Position numbers and translations under genes: made by a program
Notes under the pieces: generated by a model
What the model saw: only the letters and a program-made list of their open reading frames with translations
What the model was told of the DNA's origin: nothing
The model's database searches: none
Shown here: positions 18,966 through 27,627 of the stretch, one piece after another
How the letters are laid out: every line of letters begins with the position of its first letter
Position numbering within the stretch: the stretch's first letter is position 1
Source: a virus
Lineage: Duplodnaviria; Caudoviricetes
Length of the DNA stretch: 64,000 nucleotides
Strand: one strand, 5' to 3'
IMG/VR virus record: IMGVR_UViG_2869891414_000007
Coordinates: 17,253-81,252 of that record

Positions 18966-19011
18966 CTAACGACATACTCATACTACTTTGTTTTACTTAT
19001 ACTATTTTCCA

Positions 19012-19066
19012 TGGTGCCCGGGGCGGGACTTGAACCCGCACAGCCATAAGCCGAGGGATTTTAAAT
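19012..19066 (-). pseudogene. leuZ: 3' fragment of tRNA-Leu(TAA) (anticodon loop to CCA); prophage att junction
   Basis: Minus strand ATTTAAAATCCCTCGGCTTATGGCTGTGCGGGTTCAAGTCCCGCCCCGGGCACCA matches the leuZ 3' half; 5' half absent. Confidence 0.92.
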
Positions 19067-19207
19067 TGCCATTGGTTTTAAGTTAAAACAATGAGTTAGA
19101 TATTATATTCATAATATATTAACTTTTTTATGATCTTTATAATCAGCGGGTTATGTCAGGCAGTGGCCCGCTATTATGAATCCCTATTGATAATCACCAA
19201 CACTTTA

Positions 19208-19223
19208 CTGTATAAAAACACAG
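19208..19223. promoter_or_regulatory. LexA (SOS) box
   Basis: CTGTATAAAAACACAG = CTG-N10-CAG, 22 bp upstream of the first dinI-like gene. Confidence 0.85.
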
Positions 19224-19245
19224 TTACCTAATGGGGTGTGAAATC

Positions 19246-19488
19246 ATGAAAGTTGAACTGGTTTACGATAAGCGAAACGTGAAAGAGATACCGGGTGCCA
19301 ATGAGCTGATCCTGGCTGAACTAACCAAACGTGTGCATCGCGTCTTCCCTAAGGCTGAGGTCAAGGTTAAGCCTATGCAGGCGAACGGCATCAACACAGA
19401 CGCCAGCAAAGGTGATAAAGCAATCCTAAGCCGTCTGCTTGAAGAGATGTTTGACGAAGCAGATCAGTGGCTGGTTATCGATATTTAA
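19246..19488 (+). CDS. DinI-like (ImpC/MsgA-like) protein
   Basis: VELVYDKRN...ELTKRVHRVFP...EEMFDEADQW. Confidence 0.82.
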   Translation: MKVELVYDKRNVKEIPGANELILAELTKRVHRVFPKAEVKVKPMQANGINTDASKGDKAILSRLLEEMFDEADQWLVIDI

Positions 19489-19501
19489 TTGAGGGGGATT
19501 T

Positions 19502-19747
19502 ATGCTGCGTGTCGAAGTGACGATAGATAAGCTGAACGCCAAGAGTTTTCCACCTGGCTACACCAACGCACTGACGGAAGAGTTAACTAATCGCCTCAGC
19601 CGTAAATTTAGCGAGGTTGATGTGAAGGTGAGATTTGCAGGCGCTGATGGATTAACAGTGCTAGGCGGGGCTAGCGATGATAAAAAGACAGTCGAAGAGA
19701 TTTTGCAGGAGACGTGGGAAAGTGCGGATGATTGGTTTCAGGCTTAA
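19502..19747 (+). CDS. dinI: DinI family protein
   Basis: MLRVEVTIDK...GLTVLGG...EILQETWESADDWF. Confidence 0.9.
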   Translation: MLRVEVTIDKLNAKSFPPGYTNALTEELTNRLSRKFSEVDVKVRFAGADGLTVLGGASDDKKTVEEILQETWESADDWFQA

Positions 19748-19802
19748 ATTCATGGCCGAGAACACCGGGGATTGATCGGAAAATTAAGCTCGGTTTTGTG
19801 TT

Positions 19803-20053
19803 TGTAGTGGTCAACTAAAATTGGCCACAGCTTCAGCATTTTCCCAATACAATCGCTCCGGTTCAGTAGGTGTTAATACATCGTTATATTGGTGGACTCT
19901 GAATTGACTGTAATAACCGATGATATAATTCATTATAACTCTATTTGCTTCGCTAAAATTATCATATTCACAGTTGGGTGCCCACTCCAGCTTCAGACTG
20001 CGAAAAAAGCACTCCACATGATTATTATCCCAGCGATTTCCATGCCGACTCAT
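19803..20053 (-). mobile_element. IS3-family (IS911-like) remnant: right inverted repeat plus degenerate transposase C-terminus
   Basis: tgtagtggtcaactaaaattggccac resembles IS911 IRR; SRHGNRWDNNHVECFFRSLKLEW integrase-core tail. Confidence 0.85.
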
Positions 20054-20409
20054 ACTCTGTTTGAGCTGGAATTACCATACTAACTGACTGAATTAACCAT
20101 CAATACAGTTACTTCCTTGGACTCATTTCTAAGAGTCAAGTCGTTATTTGAGTGCTGTTGTTCAGCCTATTCATATTTTCAAACAACATGCAGTTATCAA
20201 CTGAACACTTTATTTCATTGGCCTCTCCAAACTACACCACCTATCCTCATAACATGTATACATTGCTGGAGTGCTAACATCATTTTGGGTCGTTCCATTT
20301 ATAAGCAAGGTCTGGTTTTTCGAACAAACGGCGCCAGCCTTATTTCGAGAGAATGACTATTACCATAAATGCATATCTAAAATAGCTTTTTAAATAAAAG
20401 GGGAAATAT

Positions 20410-20844
20410 ATGGGAGCCAGCTATTCCATTGAGGATTGTGATCTTCAGATACTTATCCTTGTTGACGAAAAAACTGCGCTGCAAGGGGAATCAACGGGGA
20501 TTTTCGCGATGGATAATCACCTGGGGTCTGGAAGTGATATTCAAGGTAGCACACAACTAGTAACTTATGCCGGAAGAGGCGACAAAATTTATTGGCGAGC
20601 TATGTTTATCAACCCTAACACAGTTGATGCGCAGTCCATCGCCTCAATAGGGATCTCGTCGGTGGGAAACTCTCCTGCATGGGGATATAGCGGTCAACCA
20701 GAAATCGCCTTTGATAGTGACTCAAATTTTAGTGGCGAGGCGCAAGTGGCAGGGCGTTATACTTATGAGTTATTGATTAATATTGTAAAGAGTAATGGCG
20801 AGGGTGCAATTTTAAAAACAACTCTTGGTCTAACAGTAACTTGA
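20410..20844 (+). CDS. hypothetical beta-rich protein, weak AidA/PixA-like resemblance (paralog 1)
   Basis: Clean ORF with RBS, AT-rich; ILILVD...GIFAMDN...QGSTQL...GDKIYWRA. Confidence 0.7.
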   Translation: MGASYSIEDCDLQILILVDEKTALQGESTGIFAMDNHLGSGSDIQGSTQLVTYAGRGDKIYWRAMFINPNTVDAQSIASIGISSVGNSPAWGYSGQPEIAFDSDSNFSGEAQVAGRYTYELLINIVKSNGEGAILKTTLGLTVT

Positions 20845-20882
20845 TTTTATTCTTTTCAATAATTTCATAGGAATAAAATAAT

Positions 20883-21395
20883 ATGAACGATAATAACTTA
20901 CAACAGCACCCCGAATTAATACCAGGTGATTTTCGTGGTATTAATAATCCCGAGACGATCATACGTATTTTTGTTGATACAGCTTACGTTGCCGCAAGCG
21001 GCGGTGGTGCAATCACTGGACCAACAAGTAAGGGTATTTATGTGATCGATAATAGAGGGAGTATCGGTAGCCCGCTCGAAGCTCGCATACCTGTAAAAAC
21101 ATATGTTCATCGTGAGGACTACATCGGCTTTTATATCTCAGCAATAGACCCAACCTTAACAGATCCTGATTTAGAAGAGACCCTTACAATTGAAGGGTTC
21201 ACGATATTGGGCGGTAATTTATTTGGCAGTGCAGGTTATCCTGTTCGTCGGGAAAGAGATGATAATTATTGGATTGCGCAAGCCGTAAATGCCTCACCGG
21301 CTACAACCTATGAGGTCCATTGCAAACTATTGACACAAGGGCTCACTCCTCAAACAATTTACTTTTCATTCAATTCCATTATTAGCACAACATGA
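20883..21395 (+). CDS. hypothetical protein, paralog 2 of 20410-20844
   Basis: IRIFVD...GIYVIDN...TY.HREDYIG...FGSAGYP aligns by eye with paralog 1. Confidence 0.7.
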   Translation: MNDNNLQQHPELIPGDFRGINNPETIIRIFVDTAYVAASGGGAITGPTSKGIYVIDNRGSIGSPLEARIPVKTYVHREDYIGFYISAIDPTLTDPDLEETLTIEGFTILGGNLFGSAGYPVRRERDDNYWIAQAVNASPATTYEVHCKLLTQGLTPQTIYFSFNSIISTT

Positions 21396-21413
21396 TAATC
21401 ACTGGAAGGAAAA

Positions 21414-22001
21414 ATGGAAGATACTATTGATTTATCAGCACGCCCACCAGAGAAGTTTAAAATTGACGAATTCGAAAAATACTTTGAGATGCAGAAGCAA
21501 AGCCAGTGGTGTTGGATAGCAACTGCAGTCGCCGTGGGTAATTTTTATGAGTCATATACAGTAAGGCCCAATGACAAAACAACAAAGTGGGATCAAATAG
21601 ACACATATAAAAAACTAAAGTCGACTTGTCATACGGTAACAACGGCGACTCCTCTTATGTCATTAGGAACTAAAGATTTATGCAACGAGACCGGAAATCC
21701 ACAAACTTCGTTGCAGCACGTTTTTTGCTTCGTAAATAAATATGCTAATTCTACGATTGAGCTTCCCGAAATAAAGAGAATAATAGCTACAGGTAAACCG
21801 GTTATAGTTGGTTTAAAAAAAATGAAACAGGATGGGACCCTATCTTATCAGGGGCATGTTATAACTCTATATGGATATGATGGGCCAAATACGTGGTATG
21901 TAGGTGACCCACTAGAAGGTATCAAAACATTATTACTTAACAAGGTAACTGCTGCAAATCTTGCTGCCTCGGAATTTTTCATAACAAAGAAACCTGGTTA
22001 A
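21414..22001 (+). CDS. papain-like cysteine peptidase (C39/C70-like)
   Basis: QKQSQWCW (oxyanion Q and catalytic C), GHVITLYGYD (H), YVGDP (D); RBS ggaagga. Confidence 0.8.
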   Translation: MEDTIDLSARPPEKFKIDEFEKYFEMQKQSQWCWIATAVAVGNFYESYTVRPNDKTTKWDQIDTYKKLKSTCHTVTTATPLMSLGTKDLCNETGNPQTSLQHVFCFVNKYANSTIELPEIKRIIATGKPVIVGLKKMKQDGTLSYQGHVITLYGYDGPNTWYVGDPLEGIKTLLLNKVTAANLAASEFFITKKPG

Positions 22002-22043
22002 CCTCTATTTTCAGCTAACGGCATACGCGAAAGAACTCACATA

Positions 22044-22075
22044 AATAGACCGGGCAATCAAGCCCGGTTTTGTAT
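22044..22075. terminator. terminator copy 2 of the ccgggc-aat-aagcccgg family
   Basis: ccggg-caatcaag-cccgg followed by T-rich tail. Confidence 0.75.
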
Positions 22076-22235
22076 TTATGCTTCAGCTCAATAAACATCC
22101 CTGCCCACCCATCACTCTATTTTCAGAACATTCGGAGCTTAAATCATTAGGAGTAGCCAGATAAAACACCATATGCTTGAACGGAAAACAATGCCGTATT
22201 ATCGGATGAGTTAATAAACATAGGGAGATAAAGAA

Positions 22236-23054
22236 ATGGATGCGACGTTGCTTTCAAGGATGCGGTCAGGTGGAAGGATTACAAGCTGGTCAGAAACGAT
22301 GGTGAACCTGGAGGCCCATAAGCTGATTAATATCGCGAACACGCTGTCCGCCTCCCACCTTAGTGATAGTCTGACCCAAATGAATTTTATCCAAGAAATA
22401 AAGGAAGTTGTTGAGCAACAGTTCGCTGCCGCGCGGCGTGCTAAATCGGACGAAGAGTGTATGACCTGCATACAAAGTCTGAGAGCGGAGACGGAAAGCC
22501 TTCAGGCGCAGGACAGGATGTTGCGGATGGAAACCGCGAAACTTTACGCCAAAGTGGAGTTCGTCCGGGAAAATAATAAAATTGTTGGGTATGTCATTTC
22601 GGCTGTAAATGTGGTGTTGTCAGGACTTGAAATGGCGGTCGGTTTCACACTTATAAGTTCAATGACCCCCTTGGGGGTTCTGGCTGGAGCTGTACTTGTG
22701 ATCGACAGTGCCAATGGCATAAGCAAGGAAATAGCACATTACGCAATGGATAATAAAAGCTCTGAAGGGCTGGTTGCTGATGTGTCCATGTCGGTTGCCG
22801 AGTTTATGGGATTTAGTCGTAATAATGGGCTGGGTGTATACAAATCAGTATCACTTGCGGCAAATGCATATAGCATCTTCGGCCTACTTAAGCGCCCAGA
22901 AACATGGCGGTTATTTCGTTATATTCCCACTGATTATTATCGGAAAATCAGCACCATGAGTCGCCCAAAGTTAACAATGAAAATAGTAGGATATGGCGTT
23001 AAAGCTAAAGTCATATTTGATTTAATGTCTATCACTGATTCAGTACAACGTTAG
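22236..23054 (+). CDS. DUF4225-like protein
   Basis: Gly/Ala-rich hydrophobic core, C-terminal PETWRLFRYIPTDY typical of DUF4225 (from recall). Confidence 0.75.
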   Translation: MDATLLSRMRSGGRITSWSETMVNLEAHKLINIANTLSASHLSDSLTQMNFIQEIKEVVEQQFAAARRAKSDEECMTCIQSLRAETESLQAQDRMLRMETAKLYAKVEFVRENNKIVGYVISAVNVVLSGLEMAVGFTLISSMTPLGVLAGAVLVIDSANGISKEIAHYAMDNKSSEGLVADVSMSVAEFMGFSRNNGLGVYKSVSLAANAYSIFGLLKRPETWRLFRYIPTDYYRKISTMSRPKLTMKIVGYGVKAKVIFDLMSITDSVQR

Positions 23055-23373
23055 TAATCATTTTTCGATATCGCCAGGATTTGTATGCAAGCCTGGCTGG
23101 GGCTAAATACCAGATAAAAGGCAGCGCAATAGCAAGTGTTGCAGCCAGCGTAATACTGGTATTTTTTGATGCCAGTGCTAACGTAAGAGCTAAGATGGTT
23201 AATGCAACTATGGTGATCCATTTTGATGCTTTAAAACGGTTAGCAAGGTCGTGAGTGACCGAATCCAGTGAACCTCCATAATTAGCAATGTTATTTTTCA
23301 GTTTTTGTAAGTCACTATGTGTAAATCCAGATCTTAGCAGTGTCTCTTCGCTTGTTCTCATTTGCCTTTTCAT
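23032..23373 (-). CDS. small two-TM membrane protein convergent with DUF4225
   Basis: EETLLRSGFT N-terminus, two hydrophobic helices, basic tail; 3' ends overlap. Confidence 0.75.
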   Translation of the reverse strand: MKRQMRTSEETLLRSGFTHSDLQKLKNNIANYGGSLDSVTHDLANRFKASKWITIVALTILALTLALASKNTSITLAATLAIALPFIWYLAPARLAYKSWRYRKMITNVVLNQ

Positions 23374-23571
23374 CCTTAAAAACGATTGACATTCCTTAGT
23401 CTATATACCAGAAAATAAACCGTTGGTCGATGAATATCAATTTTAATGTTAAGTAACATATAGTTATATTCTTATCGTGTTTTTTTGTACGGCCATCCCC
23501 ATCAAATACAGGTGTAAGGATTTATAAACACGGGTTATTACAGTTAGGGAGTTATACCCGTAGACTGACTG

Positions 23572-23603
23572 AATAGGCCGGGCAATTAAGCCCGGCTTTT
23601 GTT
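23572..23603. terminator. terminator copy 3, end of tail operon
   Basis: gccggg-caattaag-cccggc-TTTT. Confidence 0.75.
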
Positions 23604-24226
23604 TACACTTTAGGCACTACAGGCCATTCAATATCCGGCGCTTTTGATGTATCAATACGGTTCAGTAAGACGCGGTAAGTTTTCCAAGCCGTAAGCTGCT
23701 CTTTATCGTCATCCGTTGCCATGCCGGTATCTACCGCATCTTGTAACGGTGCAATTTTCGCTGCGGCTGCATTCAATAATCGGGTTTTCTTTTCTTCCGC
23801 TTCCTGCACTGCTGCGGCCTTTTGCAAGACTTTATCCGTTACCCACTTTGCGCCGCTCCACTTATCGTAATGGGTCTGCGGAGCCAGTAATGTCAACGTA
23901 TCGGGTAGATCACCAATAAAGCCGATTTCTTCTGGTTGACCGGTTTCCGTGCTGTAAGCCACCTTGCCGCGCAAGTCAGTAACGATTTCCCATGCGTTGC
24001 CAGCATCATTCCGGCGCACGGCCTTATCTGGTTCTGTGGGTAATACAGGCGAGTCAGCATAACCGCTAGCGGGCAAGCTAACGCCCAACGGTAGGTACTC
24101 ATTATTGACGCCGATAAACTCTTGCGATTGGGTGTCTGCACTATAAACGGCAATCCAGCCAGCACGAATAGCGAGACCATTTGCTCCAATCTGCGCGGTT
24201 GGGATATCTAGTGAATATTTAGTCAT
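23603..24226 (-). CDS. tail fibre assembly protein (lambda Tfa-like)
   Basis: YDKWSGAKWVTD, IAPLQDAVD, WKTYRVLLNRIDTSKAPDIEWP. Confidence 0.92.
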   Translation of the reverse strand: MTKYSLDIPTAQIGANGLAIRAGWIAVYSADTQSQEFIGVNNEYLPLGVSLPASGYADSPVLPTEPDKAVRRNDAGNAWEIVTDLRGKVAYSTETGQPEEIGFIGDLPDTLTLLAPQTHYDKWSGAKWVTDKVLQKAAAVQEAEEKKTRLLNAAAAKIAPLQDAVDTGMATDDDKEQLTAWKTYRVLLNRIDTSKAPDIEWPVVPKV

Positions 24227-25419
24227 TATATGGCTCTCACGATGTAGTTAAATGCAATATTTTTCATGCGGTTTTCATTTGCAGTGGGAACAACAAGTGA
24301 TGCATCAAACTTAGCTCCCTGCACAGTGCTCCCGCCAACGACTTGCCCACCTTGAGGTACTGAAACATCCAGCCGCGTGAAAGCACCTGAGAAGTAACTT
24401 GCCTCCGCGGCTTTCCCGCCTGCGGGGGCGTAGATACCCGTAATGTTTCTAATGGCATCATCCTGAAACGACAGCAATACTCGTCCCGCGTCTACCCCTC
24501 GTCCGTCGTCCCAGCCTCTAATGGCATTCCCGCGCATGTCGGGGAGTACACCAGATGGGTATCTCAGGGCTAACCGCGGGTAAGTTGATGTGCTAAAGGC
24601 AGCGCCGTTACACTTCAACCAGCCAGCGGGGACACTGGACAGGGGGTTAGGCATTGGGATACCAATCAGTTGTTCTGTCAGGAAAGTGTAAAGAGTGGAA
24701 CCCCACAACGTACCGTGGATATTACCGTCCACTGTCAATGTTGCATGGCCTTCTGCGCGGCCTTCACCTGCAACAACATCACTTTTTGATATAATCCGCC
24801 CGCCTCTTACATCACCAACAATATCGCAGCGGCCATCTGCGGCAATGTTGGTTTTTGCAATGAGACTGCCTTGTGCGGTAAGGTTGCCTGCCAATTGAAC
24901 ATTGGCGTCGGTGGTATTAATAAATGGCAAGGTAATATCTTTGGTACCATCAAAATCTACCCCACCGATTTTTCTCGCTGTGGCCAGTTTTGTGGCGGAT
25001 GCTGCTATGCCATCGATTGGCAATGAAGCATCAAGCGCGGCCTTGACAGCTTTCGGTGTAGCCGCTAACACTTCGCTGGTGCTACCAGTCGAACTACTTA
25101 ACTGAACAACCCCTTTTTGGGTGGTAGAGGCTGAGGGTAGGTTACTATTGGCGTAGCTCTTAATCGCTAATTCCAGACTGTTCAACAGCGTTGCCATCTC
25201 GCCATTATCGAGGACATCATTGTCAGAATGGTTAGCGATGAACTCAGCCAGCACAGATGCAACAAAGGATGACTGACGCCAGACTTTATTTAGCTGCTCA
25301 GACTTAGCGACCCCTGACGAGAACCCGCCTGCACGTGCCGCAAGTACCTCATATTGTTCTTGCGTCATTACGTTAGATTCAACGCCGATCCCAAAAGGGA
25401 GAATTTCATTCTTAGCCAT
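24226..25419 (-). CDS. tail fibre protein with tail-collar domain
   Basis: QLSSSTGSTSEVLAATPKAVK fibre repeat; PAGWLKCNG...LPDMRG..IRGWDDGRG collar; ENRMKNIAFNYIVRA. Confidence 0.92.
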   Translation of the reverse strand: MAKNEILPFGIGVESNVMTQEQYEVLAARAGGFSSGVAKSEQLNKVWRQSSFVASVLAEFIANHSDNDVLDNGEMATLLNSLELAIKSYANSNLPSASTTQKGVVQLSSSTGSTSEVLAATPKAVKAALDASLPIDGIAASATKLATARKIGGVDFDGTKDITLPFINTTDANVQLAGNLTAQGSLIAKTNIAADGRCDIVGDVRGGRIISKSDVVAGEGRAEGHATLTVDGNIHGTLWGSTLYTFLTEQLIGIPMPNPLSSVPAGWLKCNGAAFSTSTYPRLALRYPSGVLPDMRGNAIRGWDDGRGVDAGRVLLSFQDDAIRNITGIYAPAGGKAAEASYFSGAFTRLDVSVPQGGQVVGGSTVQGAKFDASLVVPTANENRMKNIAFNYIVRAI

Positions 25420-26086
25420 GTGCTTTCCTTAATGATAAACCCCATGACGAACGGTCAAATCCTGAGGAGTATTCGTTATCTAAATCGAAGCCGAACAACG
25501 CACCGACCTCAGTTGAAATGATGTAATTCGTGACGCCGACACCTGCCGGTTTAACGTCTAAATATCCCTGAGCAATGACCGCTCGCATCACTGATGAGAT
25601 TTGCTCACCGGCAATGTAAATAGTCATGGTCATGTCGAAGTTATCGACGGCAAATATCTTGGTGCGCCCGTCAGGGAAAATACCCTGGTAGATATCACTG
25701 AGTGTTTCGACGGTACCGTCCCAATGGTTAGCCTGGATCTTTGCCCGAAGTATCGTGCGGTAAGTCTCATCGTCCAATCGAGTGAAGCCTGTTAGCGAAT
25801 CATACGGCCCCTTCCAGCTCCCCAGATCAAAGCCCAACCCCTCGGTATCTAGTGAGAAATAGACATCCGTGATTGGTGTTCTGATGTTTCGCCCAATACC
25901 TACCCATAGCCCGACAGCATCCTCTTGATTGCCTATTGAGCTATCGAGGTCAAAGTCGTTTGTGAGTTGATTTGTCGTCTGCTGGATACCGAGGAACGGT
26001 GCGGTGATTAGGGATATATGATCGTAAAACTTGGGCTTATTTTTGTGATAGGACGTGATGAGACGTTGATATTTAGTCTCACTCAT
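25412..26086 (-). CDS. baseplate protein (DUF2612-like)
   Basis: LDAVG.WVG-like and LDDETYRTILRAKI..NHWDG motifs; start set at MSETKY. Confidence 0.82.
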   Translation of the reverse strand: MSETKYQRLITSYHKNKPKFYDHISLITAPFLGIQQTTNQLTNDFDLDSSIGNQEDAVGLWVGIGRNIRTPITDVYFSLDTEGLGFDLGSWKGPYDSLTGFTRLDDETYRTILRAKIQANHWDGTVETLSDIYQGIFPDGRTKIFAVDNFDMTMTIYIAGEQISSVMRAVIAQGYLDVKPAGVGVTNYIISTEVGALFGFDLDNEYSSGFDRSSWGLSLRKAHG

Positions 26087-27273
26087 TAGGTCACCACTAA
26101 GGTTATATTCTCCGGCACACAAGCGGCTGCATTGTTAAATGCTATCTCGATATTGTTTTCAGATAGCGCCACAGGAGAAATGCCGATTTCTAACAAAGTA
26201 ATATCGTAAGTCAGCCGTTCAATGCTGCCATTTAATTGCGCAGGTAGATCAAGTCGCTTAATACGAACCGGCTCACCAATTTCTATTTTATTAATATATT
26301 CCGCTATTGAGTTTTTGATCTCGACGCCAATTGATGAGGTATAACCCTGGAGTGCTTTGATTGCTAACCGGACATAAATCTGTACGGTACCTTTGCGGAA
26401 AAAATGAATCGGGTGAACAATGCCATACTTATCCGTAATCGGAATGGTGGTGGTGCCATACGTCCCAGAACCCGGTCCCTTTTTCAGGGCGATGGCTTGA
26501 GCGATTTGTGTCGCGTCACCGCCATCAACAACAATAGAGATCGAGTGGCTGGGTATGCCGTTTGCGTCGGTAATGCTGGTATCATTCTCATAGCCGCGAT
26601 AGCGCTCAACACCACTAATGCCCGCAATAGCCCCTAAGATACCATCCAGCACCGTGCGCGACGGAAGCGCCACTGAGTCCGTTTGTCTGACGCGCAATTC
26701 TGCATCCATTTCTACAGGCTTGCCTGGAGTCGCCCCTATTGGGTTATTGACGCTTAGCCAACCTCGCGTTGGTGTTGCTATTTCGTTTACGGTATTGGCC
26801 AGGGCGACAATGGCACCCGGTACCGAACAGATCGCCGTCGCGGTTGCCGTGCCATCCAGACCAATAATCACACTGGCGGGCAGATCCCAACGGACACCAT
26901 CGGCATCACGCGCGGCCCCATTGGTGATCTCCAGCCCGACATTGCCGGTGAGCAATACATCGACGGTTGAATTAGTTTCCTTGTCCCGTTTAATGCCGTT
27001 AATTTTCACATTACTGGAAAGTCCATTGCCGACTGCGGTTGCCGGAGAGAATGAGTTATAAACAGCAATGGCGCTATTGTTCGCGTCGTGGATTGCCAGC
27101 GCGTAAATACTGACCATTTGCCCATCCTTACTATCAGCATCCAAATAACTGTCAGTGCCGTAAATCTCCTGAAAATAACTCACTAACGTGCTGCGAATAG
27201 TCTCAAAATCGGGCGCAGTTATCCCCGTCGCGCTGACAATTACATTCAGCCCTAACGTATCAAGGTTTAACAT
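26086..27273 (-). CDS. baseplate J/gp47-family protein
   Basis: DSKDGQ, DAELRVRQ, GIPSHSI motifs; synteny. Confidence 0.87.
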   Translation of the reverse strand: MLNLDTLGLNVIVSATGITAPDFETIRSTLVSYFQEIYGTDSYLDADSKDGQMVSIYALAIHDANNSAIAVYNSFSPATAVGNGLSSNVKINGIKRDKETNSTVDVLLTGNVGLEITNGAARDADGVRWDLPASVIIGLDGTATATAICSVPGAIVALANTVNEIATPTRGWLSVNNPIGATPGKPVEMDAELRVRQTDSVALPSRTVLDGILGAIAGISGVERYRGYENDTSITDANGIPSHSISIVVDGGDATQIAQAIALKKGPGSGTYGTTTIPITDKYGIVHPIHFFRKGTVQIYVRLAIKALQGYTSSIGVEIKNSIAEYINKIEIGEPVRIKRLDLPAQLNGSIERLTYDITLLEIGISPVALSENNIEIAFNNAAACVPENITLVVT

Positions 27274-27627
27274 TTATGCCTCGCTGGTCACGGTGGTAGT
27301 GCCGTAGATGGTGTCTATTGTTGCGGTAAAAGTGACGCGACGATTTTCGCCGGTATAGCTGGCTTCAAATTCCAGAATTGCGCTAACGCCCTGCGTATCA
27401 AGAATACGCTCACGGATAGCCAGGATATAAACATCAGAGCGTTGCTTACCAAGTACCGACTGAATATAAGGCGTACCCTCAGTTAAATCCAAAAACCACT
27501 GGCCGCGCCATAATTCAAAGCGGGTTTTTACCGCCTGAGCGACCGCCTCCGGTGAGTTGATAAGGAATGTGTTATCACCCTGGCCGAATGTGTAATCGCC
27601 GTTCTCGTCCTCTCTGCGATACCTCAT
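27274..27627 (-). CDS. baseplate wedge (gp46/W-like) protein
   Basis: DYTFGQG, LWRGQWFLD.TEGTPY. Confidence 0.8.
   Translation of the reverse strand: MRYRREDENGDYTFGQGDNTFLINSPEAVAQAVKTRFELWRGQWFLDLTEGTPYIQSVLGKQRSDVYILAIRERILDTQGVSAILEFEASYTGENRRVTFTATIDTIYGTTTVTSEA

Larger units (their letters stand above)
1..19011. mobile_element. P2/186-like prophage, late-gene half (truncated by window start)
   Basis: Canonical P2 gene order P<-O N M L X lysis R S [variable] V W J I H G FI FII E T U D ogr, then arm-type repeats and att at a tRNA fragment. Confidence 0.97.

Noticed and set aside
19012-19066. Functional tRNA-Leu gene
   Set aside because: The 5' acceptor strand, D-arm and 5' anticodon stem are missing; it is an att fragment
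20117-20356. 79-aa plus-strand ORF upstream of the three-gene moron
   Set aside because: No RBS or motif; lies in degraded sequence next to the IS remnant
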